64,000 nt of DNA from Anthoceros angustus (Eukaryota; Plantae; Anthocerotophyta), in assembly GCA_010909165.1 (NCBI GenBank), contig MU008156.1:186001-250000 (forward strand), given 5' to 3'. The notes below the pieces were generated by a model, which did not search any database, was not told the origin of the DNA, and saw only the letters and a program-made list of their open reading frames with translations. A program made the position numbers and the translations under genes. Below, one piece after another: positions 23,918 to 37,021 of this stretch (position 1 is the first letter of the stretch; every line of letters begins with the position of its first letter).

Positions 23918-26513
23918 ATGGCTGCGGAGGAGCAGCTGGATCGAGATACTCTCTTCAGAAAGATGAAGTCCAAGGCTGAGAACAAGGTGGGAGACGCTGT
24001 GCAGTCCGCAGTTTCGTCCCTGGGAGCCTAGCTATTTTGCTGTTGCTGGATTGGATTCGTTATGAATCCGCGCAGATTAATTGAATCTCCGGAAGCTCTA
24101 TCTTGGATTGTGGTTGTGTGGTTGATTTGGATGGATTTTGTGTCTTTCTCCCCCCTGTTTCTCATGATTTGGACTGTAGTGAGCTCATAGGTTGGAAGTG
24201 GGGCTAGGACTGGGCTCCTAGTCACCGGAGATGATGTTTTGTGTAACCGTTGTGTGAAAGAATGGGGCCGTGATGGGTATGTGCATCAACTGATGGCACT
24301 GTTGTGATTATGATCTGCAGATGTGTTTTGACTGCAACGCGAAAAATCCGACATGGAGCTCAGTTACTTATGGCGTGTTTATCTGCCTTGACTGCTCTGC
24401 ACTGCACCGTAGCCTTGGTGTTCATGTCAGTTTTGTGAGGTGCGCAATATTAGGGGTTTCCGTGCCCGGGTTGCGTCTTCTCTTATTCCGGCTGTTTGCA
24501 CGTGATATAGGATTGGTTTTGTTCTGTAGATCTACGACCTTGGACAGCTGGAGCCAAGAACAGTTGAAACTGATGAGTTTTGGAGGCAACGCTCGAGCCT
24601 TGACCTTCTTCAAGCAGCATGGTTGGACTGACGGCGGGAAGATTGAATCTAAGTATACTTCTCGGGCAGCAGAGCTGTACAAGCAGCTACTTGTGAAGGA
24701 AGTTGCAAAGAGTGCTGCCACAGCCATTGCTCTGAACTCGCCCCCCTCGAAGATACCATCTGTATCAAACGGATTTTCGGACTTGAAAAGTGACCACGAT
24801 TTTTTTGATGCCAAACACGTCGACAGTGCACCTGCCCCTGCTCCCAGATTGCCCTCTGCACAAACAGCTGCTCCTGTGACTTCTGCCTCCCGGCCGGCAT
24901 TGGGCAGTGGTATAAAGAAGGGGCCTACTCTTGGGGCTAAGAAGATTGGCGGAGGTAAAACTGGAGGACTCGGTGTGAAGAAACTGACTACAAAGGTTGA
25001 TGTTACACTCTACTCTCTGCTTTTGGCCCTTGAGAGAGATCATTGGACTGTTCCCTGATTGATTTTCTTGCAGCTGAAGCTATCAGTTGGTGATTTCTTT
25101 TGATTCCTGAACTAGGATAGATGGGATGGGAGGATACTAAGTTGGTGCACTTTGTAAGGCGAGTGTGACAAGACCGGTTCTTTGTTAGCAGCCTAGTGAA
25201 GGGTTATATGATCAGAAGCCCGTTGATCCACCTCCGGAGCCTCTTGTTGCGATAACAACTTCAGCCACAGTGTCAGCACCCCACACCTCTCGGTTCATGT
25301 ACACTGATGATCAGCTGACGACCAGTTCAAATGGTGGAGGTTCCCACTCATCTGGACATGTATCTGCACCAACTGCAGCTGGAGACTTTTTTGCCGAGTT
25401 TGGAGCAAGCTCTGGCAGTCGAAAAACACCATCTGCTAGCCGCTCAAAAATCCAGGTACAGTGAGATACCCGGGGTGCAGTTTTCACTGCTTCCAGCCAG
25501 TTTGGGTCGAATTCTTATGTTTGATATCTGTCACCTGCAGGTTGAGGAGAGCAGTGAAGCACAACGGAAGTTTGCAAATGCAAAATCCATATCTTCTGCA
25601 CAGTTTTTTGGAGATTCCAGTAAAGCTGTTGACACAGAGAATACAGTCAGGCTTCAAAAGTTTGCTGTGAGTAAAGCTGTGACAAGTCCTCAATCTGAAG
25701 CTGTTTGGGTGGTGGATTAACACTCTGTTTGGCAATCTGAGAGTGTGAGTATTCAGGTGTGGTGACTGACTGGACTTTCCAATTTGCTTTTGCGAACTGC
25801 AGAATTCGTCATCTATTTCAAGTGCAGACTTTTTTGACCGTGATGAGGGTGGCAGCAGTGCCTCACCTATGGATCTTACTGCCTCAGAGTTAATGACAAA
25901 GCTGTCGATGCAGGTATGTGACTGCTTGTGGCTGGTCTTCGACTCGAGCTTCCTGTGGCTGGTGTTGAACTGCAACTGCTTGTGGCTGGTCTTTAATTGC
26001 AATTGGGGATAAGGATATATGAGTTGCTTCCAACTTGGCTCTCTGAACAAAGTTAATTTGAAGCTACTGATACATCGTGGTGGTTATCGCTGGTGTACCT
26101 CAAATCTTCTTGAGTGTGTTTTTGACTTGTCCAGGTTTGGTCTCTTGAAAGAAAACCGATGTAGGCCCTCCACTAACAATACATTTAAATTAGAAAGATG
26201 AGAGAAGGGAGGATTTTAGATCCTTCTTTTCTTCAGGCGGAGTATGTCCAGGTTGTCTTGGATGCATTATGATGCACAGGGTCAAGCCCCGTCCTAGGCA
26301 GATGCTTGTTCGTTCCTTGGCTAAAGTGATTTGGAGTGTGGACAAACCTAGGTGTAAAGTCAGGGTAGCTTGGACCCAGGGCTAATGGATCTTCATGCTT
26401 TTCAGGCCTCCCAGGATATGACAACGCTGAAAAACATAGCTGGAGATACTGGGAAGATGCTCTCATCCATGGCATCCAGTTTCATTAGAGACCTCAATTA
26501 CAACAACTTCTAG
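23918..26513 (+). CDS. ADP-ribosylation factor GTPase-activating protein, Glo3/AGD8-10 type, ~7 exons
   Basis: [11 protein letters not shown]|[40 protein letters not shown]|STTLDSWS..; Glo3 motifs [15 protein letters not shown] and SSISSADFF; ends ..[10 protein letters not shown]. Confidence 0.94.
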
Positions 26514-27366
26514 AGAGTATGTGCAGGCACACAGCATGAACGTGGTGACCTCTAATGGGTTCATCGCTAGGAGGTTGCCCTCTTTAGCAGATGATTTTGG
26601 GAACTGCTGTGTATTTCCAAGCATTTGGCTCTGCGTGCTCAGGACTGGTGCTGCTGCAGTAGTCCCTTACCCTTCATGTTCTCATACTCGCATTCCTGCA
26701 GATCTCTGAGTTTCATACGGCGTTATGCTTAGTGGTCTGCATAGGTTGTGGAAGCATAGTGATATTGTACAACAGATAGCAAGATTGACTTTGAAGGAAC
26801 ATTCTGATGTCTGAGGCGGATTGTGATTGTACATCCCTGGCCCGTTTCAAATTGGATGTCCTGGCGCCGGAATATATCCCTCTCTTTCCTCAGGGTTTTG
26901 GAAGTTGTGTGGCAGATTGGAGAGCTGAGCTTCTTGAAGTGATGAAGGTCGCCTTCAGACTGAAGGAAGATTGTCGACGGTAATGCCCGTGTAGAAGTGT
27001 GCCTTCTGTACACGGGCCTTGGTGGCCCTGTAGGTAATCAGCTCGCCATTGCGCATGGCAAACAGGCTGATTGTTATCTGGTTCTTGCTCCCTCTCCCCT
27101 TAATTCTTTTGTACCGGCCATCACTAGAGCAGTATTTTGTCATATTTTTGGAACCTGGTTCGCATCTTTCCCGACTGTTGAAGATGGCATCTAATAAATA
27201 ATTGTAAACGAGCACAGCACACAGCCCGTTCTGTTGGTGTCAATCTGATCTGACTTGCGGAACAAACCAGCCCCGGACTCCGGAGGCTCTATGGTGTTGC
27301 TCTTCCTGCGATACATACCAGGCTTGTAACGGAGTTGAGGAAAGGTAAAAAGAAAAGCTAAAACGG

Positions 27367-30130
27367 TTAACAATCCCAAAACGAGGCGGAAAAGAGCGGG
27401 CGCTCCTTCCACCTCAGAATCAAGCATTCTTGCTGTTGCTCGACCTGGAAGCCGTTGCCGGGATACTGGTTGAGAAGCCACTCCACCTGCGTGCTGCACC
27501 TGTGAGGAACAGTCCTGGGCTTGAATCCCGCCTTCAAGAGCCGAGCTCGCCACTGGTGAGGCGTCTCATAGCGCTCAACCCTCTCCTCCCCCTCGCAGGC
27601 CACGATGTTGATGATTTCCCGGCCGAACCACAGCTGCTCGATCTGAGCCCTCTCAGGGCTGTCCTGCTCCAGAGCCGCGGCCAAGGAGTCGAAGATGGCC
27701 GAGTAGAAATGCAGCGCCTCCAGAAAGCGGGCCAGGAAGTGAGAGCCGTTATGGTTGGCATCCGGCTCCAACACGGACACCACCCTGGGCTGCAGGCTCC
27801 GCACCACAGCCAGGACGTTGGCTATGGTCCGCCCGCTCTCGTCGTGCAACAGCTTGTGCAACACGCCGGAACAGTTCACCGCCAGGCAAGACCGCGCCTC
27901 CGCCGCCGCTCCCAGCATCCACGGCTGCAGGCTGGCCGCCGCCTCCACCACCGTGCTGCTGAACTCGAAGGCCAGGCCCAGGGAGTTGGCGTAGCTGGCA
28001 ATGTGCTGCCCCGCCTCGTGCACATCGTCCAGCGAGCAGGGCGGGTGGAAGTGCTTGTGGCTCAGCACCGCGGCCGTGAGGCGTATCCGGGCGGGGGGGC
28101 CGCCGGGCCGAGACTTGAGATCCTGCAGCAGCGAGATCCACTGCCAGCTCTTCACCGGGGACAAGTCCAGCACATGCACATCCTCTTCTCCCTCAAAGGC
28201 CTCCAGGATGGCCCGGTTGGCCGCCATCCCGCAGAATTTGGGGATGGGGCACACGTCGTGCAGGTACTGGCAGGCCTGCACCACGGCCCCCTCTGTGGGC
28301 TCCTTGCACCCCAGCGCCTTGTACAGCCCCGGCCCGCTCCCAATGCCCGCCATCCGCGCCACCAGCCCGTACGTGAAGTACGAGGCCACGCGCTGCATGG
28401 AATCCCCGTATGGCGACAGCATCGCGCTCAGCTCTGACAGGATGGAATTCGCCTCCGCGAAGTTGCTGCTGCCGATGGCGTCTGCGCAGCTGATTACCAG
28501 GTTCACCAGGTGCACTCCCGGGGAGACCTCCTCTTCCGGATCCGCCTTGCCATGGTGGGAACGGATGGGGTCAGGAGGCGGTACCGCTCCCGGTGCGGGA
28601 AAGCCAGTGGAGCCAGCCATGGCCATCTGCCTCACAGTGGTGGGATCCGGCACACCTGGTTGCACAACTTGGCTGTACCCCGACTCCTGCAACACACTGC
28701 CCACTCGGAGGTGCTCCTCCTGCCAGCTACTCTCCATCTGCATGCATTGCGTGCAGGAAGGAAGCGGGTTGTACTCCTCCCACGGGACCGATGGGTGGTA
28801 GTTAAACCTGACATCACCACAGACTGCTGCTGGTGCTTGGGTTATGGGTGCAGCAGCCACTACCCCTTCCGAGGATGCAAAGGATGCGGACGACAAGGAA
28901 TAGTCAAATACTAGTGATGGTAACGGAGTGTCATTGAATATAGATTGAAAATTGAAGTCCCGAGGCGACTGGAATCTGCATGTCGGTTCTGACATTCTCA
29001 CATCTTCGTAGGTCAAAACCTCCGATGACCTCGATGGTGTGAGAGTGTCTATCTCTGAAACAGAATGCCCGCCATACGTCTGTCTCTCCTGAGGCACCAC
29101 AAGTGTCACACGTTCCTCTCGGCCATGACACCCAGCTTTCTCACCTACTACCGCACTCTTCATACTACCCGCAAAATTACCTACTCCACTGCAGCCTGCT
29201 GCTGGGCTTGTGCAGCTGTAAGGATCTTCAGATTCAAGTGCAGCTAGAGGAGTGGCTTCAACTTCAATTGTTGTAGGCAACCGAAGTCCATACGTACTAC
29301 TACTAGCAGCTGGGACATGGAAATCAGGGACTGACCTCTGCTGCATTGGCATGTGGTTAGACGGCACACCGGCCAGTAGCACGTTGAAGGGCGCTGCGGT
29401 GCTGGAGTCACATGAATCGCTCCCGTGGCTCATTATTGTCTTCGGGGAGCTGGAGTCCGCTTGATCTGCAAGGCTTCGCTGGCTGTGACAGCTGTTGGAG
29501 GAATTGCAGGCTGTGGACGATGACGTCGGGGAAGGCTCTTGTTGTTGCGGGAATACTGGAACAACACCTGGTCCACCATCTCTCCTCAACACGCTCTCTA
29601 GATCGGCCACAATGCTGTGCACATCCTTGTTCCTCAATTCCGCATCATCCTGCATATGCCTCATCTCGCACGCAGCTTGGTGAAAGATTTGTGCCAGATT
29701 GAACTGCCTTGGAGACTGCAAATGCAAATATTGCTCCTCCACCCTCTCCTCACTTCCGCAGCAGCTCCCTTGCACGTCGGCAACCGCACCATGCGCGGGA
29801 CTCGGCACAGTTACATGTCCTGATGCATCAAGGCATGAAACTGCACCGTCTCGCAGCGCTGGCCCGTCCACCTTGCTCACTTCTTGCCTCGCCTGCATTC
29901 CAGATTGCGACACAGCCGTGGAAGGTTGCATGCTCGCGCTCTCACTGCCAATTGTGGAGATTACAACACCACGACCGGTTCCCGCACCGCCAATTCTCAC
30001 CGCAAGGGCTTCTACTTCCTCTTCCGTTCCAGAGTTACTACTATATGAAGCTGGTGATTCAGAGAGATGGGACAGCTGTGTGGATCTGGACATCATTGGC
30101 TGCCAACATAGAATTTTCTCCAAACGCATC
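27367..30130 (-). CDS. GRAS transcription factor with a long disordered N-terminus (RAD1/RAM1-like C-domain, tentative)
   Basis: Intronless ORF with LHRI (LVNLVISCADAI), VHIID variant VHVLD, PFYRE (HNGSHFLARFLEALHFYSAIFDSL), RVER and terminal SAW variant (SASFW). First ATG at 30130. Confidence 0.92.
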
Positions 30131-30913
30131 CGTCCATCTCTTGATGAATCCAATTCGGCTCCTCAACTCCCCGATGCTCAAAAGCCGTACTCACAAAGCC
30201 TATTCATATGCAGCTGGATTCACTCCTGCGCGTGCATATCCCAATTGTGGACACTCCTGCATGTTTCCATACTCCTGCTTGCCACCGGATGTTGCTGCTT
30301 CCTCTGAGAATCCAGAGCGCGGCCCAACCGTGATATGCAACCTAGAATCGCCTCAGTCCTTGTGTGCAATGATGCGTCGTGACAGCGACGGCAGTGCAGG
30401 GAAATGGCACACAGCAGAGCAACGCAGATGGTAGGCAGAGCGACAAGGTGGTAAGTAGTCTAGCAAGGTAGGTAGCGGAGATGGTCTTGTAGGCCACCAA
30501 ATTCAAGGCAACCAAAACGCTCACGCTCGCCAGCCAAGAAAGCTCCGAAACCCGGCCGGGCTGCAATGGGACCGTGTCCTTTCTCCTGGCCGGCGCCGGG
30601 ATCCGTTCCGCGGACGCGCATTGCCCCACAACCCCATTTAATTAGAGAAAGACAAGGATAGCACACCAGCAAACCAAGCTTGTCGCGGCGCGGCGCTTCG
30701 TTTGTCCCGCACTCTCCTAGCTCCTCAGTTATCACGCCCGCTCATCTGAGGTTCGGCCCGAGCCTCCAGCTTGGGCGCGAAGGCTCTTCGAACTTTCTCC
30801 CGCCATTCGCGCCTCGCCGGAAGCGCGAGCTTCCCACGGCCTGCCAGCAGGCAATGTGATCGAGGCGCTTGCCTGATGTAGATTGCAGCAATCCTGAACT
30901 GTGCATCTGGTGA

Positions 30914-33347
30914 ATGCTGGAATTTTACTGTGAAGATTCGAGCGGCATGGCTGGGCTGATGGACGGAGGAATGCCGGATGCGGCTCAGGAAATGCCGGCC
31001 TTGGCGCAGTTGCGGGAAACTGCGGAGAGCTTGTGGGGGAAAATGCAGGAGCTGGACGGTTGCAGATCGCACTTGCGAGTAATCACGCAGCTCGCGGAAG
31101 TCCAGGCTGCGCAGTACAGCGGCACCAGTCTGACACACTTAGAGGTGAGCAGACTTGCTTTCAAGGAAGATCAGGTCTGAGTCTGCAGCGCATGCGTCTC
31201 AAGCTTGCTAGCGTCCTCCTCGTAGTCAGGCACAGCTCGCGGAACTGAAGGAAGACCTTGTTGAAGCCAAGATTGAAGAGATTCTACTCCAGAGCTTGGA
31301 AACTGGCCGCTTCGAGGTTGACATTCCCTTGGGATGCCAGGAAAGCGGTTATGGTGAGGCGCTGTGTCTTTTTCTCTGTGATTTTTTTTTTTCCCTCTGG
31401 AAAACGCTCATTGGGAGGTCCTTTTTAGCGTACAGAGGAGGGACCGATGCCGGATGTTGCACAACTTGCGAAAGAGATGGAAGATGCTATAGCAACAATC
31501 AGCTCTGGTGTGCTGCGCTTTTGTGCCCTTGTTGCCATGCCAATGTTTTCCTCGTTGCTTATTGTGGAAGCCGGAACTGAAGGCCGTGTGATGTAGGGTG
31601 GGAGCAGTTTGAGAATGAGCAGCAACATCTGCATGGCATTTTGAGTTCATGTGACCAGGAGGTACTTCTCGTCGGAGGAATCGGTTTCGGTAGGCACTCG
31701 CTTGAACTTGTGTAACAGGATTCTCATTGGATTGTTCGCACCTCCGCAGATAGCTAACCTTGAAGAGCTGTACGAACAATTGGATTTTGTGAGTGCTTTT
31801 TTCCTCTGGTCTGCTGGCCTTGTCCAGAGAATGAACTGTATGCATTGCACATATTCATATGCAGCTGCCTCCCTTCCTGTAGAGCACAGGAGCACATCAG
31901 CAATATCAGTGCGCAGCTCGACGCTTGGTGAGTAAAGAACTTTCACTGGCCGGGTACCTTGTGTATCTGATATGAGCAAGTGTCTGATGCCACCTGCATC
32001 ACATGTTAGGAAGAAGTCCGTGCGCGATCACTGAAAATTGACACTGAGATTGAAGATGAGGACCGACAGATTCTGCTTGCCAACGCCGAGGTATTTGTCT
32101 TGTGCTAGCACATCCTTTATGCCTGCCGGTGGGTATATGCTGATTGCTCTTTCATATTTGAACGATTGCAGCTGGAGGAGGGTAGCAGAGAACTGGCGGC
32201 AAAGCTACTACATCGGCAGAAGCTTGATACAATTGCTGAGACACGCGAGAGGTACAAACTCTCTGGGCTAACAATGGCCTCATGCTTGTCTTCATCTATT
32301 TCTACCAGATGTGAGGTTGCCGAACACTTTCATCTAAGAACTGCTCGTGCCTGCGTCAGGTGCACCCTGGCACTAAAGCATCGAGCTATGTATTCTGGGA
32401 TCACTTTGACAGATTTCTCTGATAAATGTATAAAGTTGAATGCTAAGATTCACAAAACTCCAAGCACCGAAAGCGTGAAGGAGCATATGCAGGGCACCTT
32501 CTCTGCCGAGCACAACCTTGAGATCATTCTGGATCCCTTGTCCATGGAACTTCGAGACGCGCAGGTTAGTAGCTCGTCACAAGAACAATCATCTCCCGAT
32601 GATCTTTTATGTTTGACTCTGACATTGGCTTTTCTCGCAGATTGTTCCTGATGATGTTTCCATAAGCGATCTGATTTCAGGAGCGAAGCAGGCATCGTAT
32701 GCATACTGTGACATGTTTTGTCCGGTTGGTCGAGTTTCTGGAATCGATATTTCATGTCATTACGTGAGTTGCCTGGCTTTGCAGAGTTTGCAGTTATCGG
32801 CTTTCTAGACTGGGAGGGAAAAAGAACAAAACTTTGAGCCAGGTGGAATATATGGTAAACGAGGTTTGTGAGAGGATACACTTGCACGGTATGAAAACTG
32901 CAGCAGTGAGTAGAGCATCTGAAAGTTCCAGGTACGATCAACAATGGAAGTTCCATTTTCTCTTACTGTCGTTGAAAACTTCTTTACAGGTAAACCCTAA
33001 ACCGTTGTGCTCCACACTCGCAGATATGACTTCAGATTAATAGAGCACTCTTATATTTCTGCTACCATTCTTGGCATCATGGAGACTCTCCTTGAGGCTC
33101 CGCCGAACTGGCCGATGCCAGGATTTCCGCTGAGTTTGAGCTCATTGCTGCCAGACCACGATTCGGCTAATGAAATTCTGGTATATGTTGGTAACGGGGA
33201 AGTCTAGGAAGCTGTTGATGTTTTGTATCCCTTATGTCTCATAGTGCTGTTTCGCAGGAACGGTCAAATTCGCTACCGGAGTCGCTGCGGTGTGACCTAG
33301 TTCGATTTGTTGAAGCCGTGGAGAACATTGTTGCCGACATGAATTGA
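30914..33347 (+). CDS. Coiled-coil + C-terminal RWD-like protein, likely plant ZWINT1 / At3g23910-like outer-kinetochore protein; many short exons
   Basis: Spliced C-terminus HNLEIILDPLSMELRDAQ|IVPDDVSISDLI..VEYMVNEVCERI..|YDFRL..ISATILG..PPNWPMPGFPLSLSSL..|ERSNSLPESLRCDLVRFVEAVENIV resembles the recalled family. Central exons are not fully resolved. Confidence 0.6.
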
Positions 33348-34599
33348 CTGTTAAGGGTGGCCAAAGGCTTGGAAGGTGTCCCATCGAACGGCACGTTTTG
33401 AGTTTTGAATTAAACGTTTAGCCTCCTGCTTGCCCATATCTTGGTCGCAAAGTGTTTGGTGCTATTTCATAAGCATCTATTTCGCGAGTATACATTGGGT
33501 TTGGTGCTATTCAGTGGCACAGATCGTCAGTTTTTATGAAGTGGTGGCTGGTTCGTTGCGCATTGCCGATGCAGAGACTCTCAGCTTATGAGGGTTTACA
33601 AATACAGGACTCTTCTCAGCACAGGGAGACGAAGACACTCTCAGCATACGAAGGTGTACAAATACGAATCTCTCCTCTGCACAGGGGAGATTAACAGAGA
33701 CTCTCCTCAATCCTCAAACATGGAAGGTGCTCACGGACTTCCTTAAACACAGGAAGGCGCACACGGACTCACCTCGTCACTTGGTCACGAAGTAATACCA
33801 TAGGTTGGCACATGGTTGGACGGAGATTAATAAGCTACGAGACGTCGGAGGGAAACCGGATAGAATTGTATATGGTTGGAGGAAGAGTAACAACACCTGT
33901 GAGATGTCTTTCGTAGAAAATTCAAGAAAGGGGATCGGAAGAAGAAATGGATGGCCAAAAGGAGGACGTCGAACATGAAGAAGTGCATGAATCCTTCTGG
34001 ATGAAGAAAGCGCAGCACGGAGTGCTTAGGAGGAGGAAGACGTGTTAGGTAAAAGACAAGGAGGACGAGAAGGAATTAGGCAATCCACCCCAACTTCAAA
34101 GCCTGTCTCGACGGAACCGATGTGAGCAGATTTTTGGCACCAGGCTCCTCCGCCCAAGTAATTCTGGCGGGCATATACGCCAAGCATTCATCCAGAAGAA
34201 GAAGAAGGAGAAGAAGAATATATCATACTATGGGTTTCGAAGTTTATGAAGGTCTTTGTGCTAAGGTTTATCTCGATCGCAGGAATGGGGTTGTATTGTC
34301 CCTTTCTTCCGGCAGTGGATGTTTATCACCCCGCATAGGGTTTTGGTCGCGGTGTACAGGACGGTGATTAGCGCAGGTGAGGCAGCTTTATTGGTGGCGG
34401 TGGTATGTAGGCCCTTTCTTATCCCAATCACAACATTCTTTAAACGGTAAGTAATTTTGAGAAAAACGATTGCATGAATTAGTCCCCTGGTGCCCTTTGT
34501 TGGGTTAACTCGATATCTCTTTTCTTTCTACATAAAGTCTCTTTTTCTTCAAAGCTTAGTACTTAAACCTTGTAATAAATTAATACTTAGCACCTTGTA

Positions 34600-34752
34600 C
34601 CATGGTGTGCCCAAGCTACTTGCAGCAAGGGCATCCGCTTCCTTTAAGCACCCATGTAAGTACCCATCTAAGCGTAAGATGCTTAATATACCGTAATATA
34701 CCGATCTCCGTGCGGGATGCTTAATAACGGCGATCTTATAAATGTGTGTCCG
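34600..34752 (+). repeat. Second copy of the dispersed repeat at 1640-1750; likely the end of a non-autonomous element spanning ~33.6-34.75 kb
   Basis: Direct sequence similarity to 1640-1750; both loci also have an upstream (GAA)n run. Confidence 0.6.
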
Positions 34753-35178
34753 AATGCATGCACGTTTGGACACAGGAGGGACTGGCCAGGGCGATGAAGG
34801 AGAGAAGACGGCCCGGCGATGACCACACGTCCGCTGGCCGATTGTCGATTTCAATGCTCACCTGGTCCAGTGCCTGGATATTCTTGGAATATCCGGGTTC
34901 GGGGAACCCCCTATCACAGTAAAACAAGTCTATTATACTGCACTTACATGGAGTTTTCCTATCATGAACCTTTTGGACTTAAGGACTCTATGATAGAGAG
35001 TTTTCGTTTTCGTATTCGTACTTCGATCTACTTTCGGTGCTCAAGGGGGGCCTCCAACGTACACAGCTACCATTGTGGGAGAATGGATGAACATGTCTTA
35101 GAGGGACCCCATGATTTTGATATTACTTCTAATTCTTTTGATTTTGATTTAATTAAGATTTTTGTGATGTTTGCGATC

Positions 35179-36328
35179 TCACACAACACCTTCCCCCCAC
35201 ACATCCTCATCGTTTATGAGGTTCACCTTCAACCGTCGTTTGCCATTTGGAACCTGTCACGAAACAGCTGAGCACGAATTTCCGAAAAGTGAATCTGCAA
35301 GACAGCTAGTGAATGCGACAATACTTACCGGACACATGCAGCTCCTGATCAGTTCTGATCCTCTGGTGTCCGCTCGATATCCAACCTGACAAGGAAGCGG
35401 CAAAGGTTGGAGTGGGTTGAAGATATGTTATGCACGAGTAGGGGAAATTTTAGCAATGCTAGCCCACAATTCAGTGCACCTCATGAGCCCCACCAACCAC
35501 CTCCATTTCACAGTGACAGCAAGACCCCTCGAAGCAGAAATCCTGCAACACAAACAACCCACGAAAAATCACACCCTCAGCTTGCTTTCAAGATCCACAA
35601 GATCACAAAGTCTGAAAATGCAACATGGAGCCAGGAGACTCACAATATTCGGCATCATAACCCCACATCTTTCTGCCAGTCTGAGCAAGTTTTCACCTGA
35701 CTTAGCGGTGACCACCACCTGGTCTCACATTTTCAAAGAAAGCAAGCAGCTCTTAGAGCCTCTTAGTCCCAGTGACATAATCAGATGCCTCACCTGGTGC
35801 TTTTTAGGTGTTCCGTGGAACTCACATTGTCGGAGCCACGATTGAACTCGACCACAACCTCCTCGGCGCCATGTTCAGCACTAGAACAAGATACAATGCA
35901 TTGAGCCACCAACAGTACGGCACTACCCAAAGGGAGTGCCAGAATTGTCCACATGTGACATACCTGGTTCCCCAGTATGTACCAGGAAGTGCAGCTTCTT
36001 TAAAACGCTCCTCACCGACTACACCTTTTTTGGGGCTGGAGAACTTCTCCAATGCTGAATTCTTGCGAATTGTGGGGACAAAGCTAGCTTCAGATTGCGG
36101 GAACTCATAGCAGCCTGACAACGCATATTCCACACCAAGCCAAGAATTCACAGCCACGCAGAGCAAATGCGTACCAGAGCACGTGATGGTAGATAAGTAT
36201 CTCTGGGGACACCGTGACCGCGGGAGGTCACAGGCTCCCAACCTCGGAAGTTGCAGTCTCAGCAGGTCTCTCGAACTGGGCAGCTGGGCTACAGACTGCC
36301 ATCGCCATGAAGTTGCCACCGCAGCCAT
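35179..36328 (-). CDS. Plastid 2Fe-2S ferredoxin-like protein, 7 exons
   Basis: Transit-like N-terminus; spliced VVVTAKSGENLLRLAERCGVMMPNI|DFCFEGSCCHCEMEV (C-x4-C-x2-C)..|LIRSCMCP|VPNGKRRLKVNLINDEDVWGEGVV*. Confidence 0.82.
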
Positions 36329-37021
36329 GGCCACCCCTAGAGCTCTGATGATGGTGACGGTGGCACTGACGATTTCGCGCTTTCGAGTTTACCTCTGTTG
36401 TTCAAAATGCCGGAATCTGCCAGAGCCTCGTAGAAATCTGGGAGACGTTCATCCGTTTTTGCCTGACCAGCAGGCGAGTGACACATAGACAGGACAATTT
36501 TGCACTTTCGATTTATGCTCTCTGGTCAAAATGCGTAATCTTCCGGAGCCTCATAAATCTGTCAGACGCTCACGTTTTGGCTTGCGCAGCACGTCAGAGA
36601 CACATGGACGCCCTCTGGTTGAAGTGACTGGACGGTCCATATAATTTTGGCACGTTGTTGTCCGATAACAGCACATTGGACTTCCTACTGGCCCATGGTA
36701 GTGCGTTCTGGAACGCTTCCTTCTCCACTTCCTATGAATGGATTTGGCATGCACATTGGCCGCTACATTCCTGGTCCCCGCACATCATATGATAGCCTGG
36801 CAGAAACAGTTGGTTGGTGTTAATTGTTAGATGGGAGGGAGAAAATTGCGGAGCAGACGCGCCTTGTTGCGACTGTGAGTAACACTGGCACAGTGCAGCT
36901 CTTCACGTTCTTATGAAAAGCCCTGACTCAGCTGATCCAGCTCTGTGAAAAAAATTGAGTGCGTTCTCCCCGTGTACAGGACTTCGGAAGATGGTATGGC
37001 TATGGGTCTAAGAGGTTTGTT

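Noticed and set aside
25925-25995. 27-bp x3 repeat (TGTGGCTGGT core) in the last ArfGAP intron
   Set aside because: Ordinary intronic minisatellite with no evidence of function.
27430-28801. Long plus-strand ORFs (335 aa, 266 aa) antisense to GRAS
   Set aside because: Shadow ORFs of a GC-rich coding strand with no recognisable domain.
27367-30130. DELLA assignment for the GRAS gene
   Set aside because: There are only faint echoes (VADLESVL, FNYHPS); no DELLA/LEQLE/VHYNP motifs at the correct spacing.
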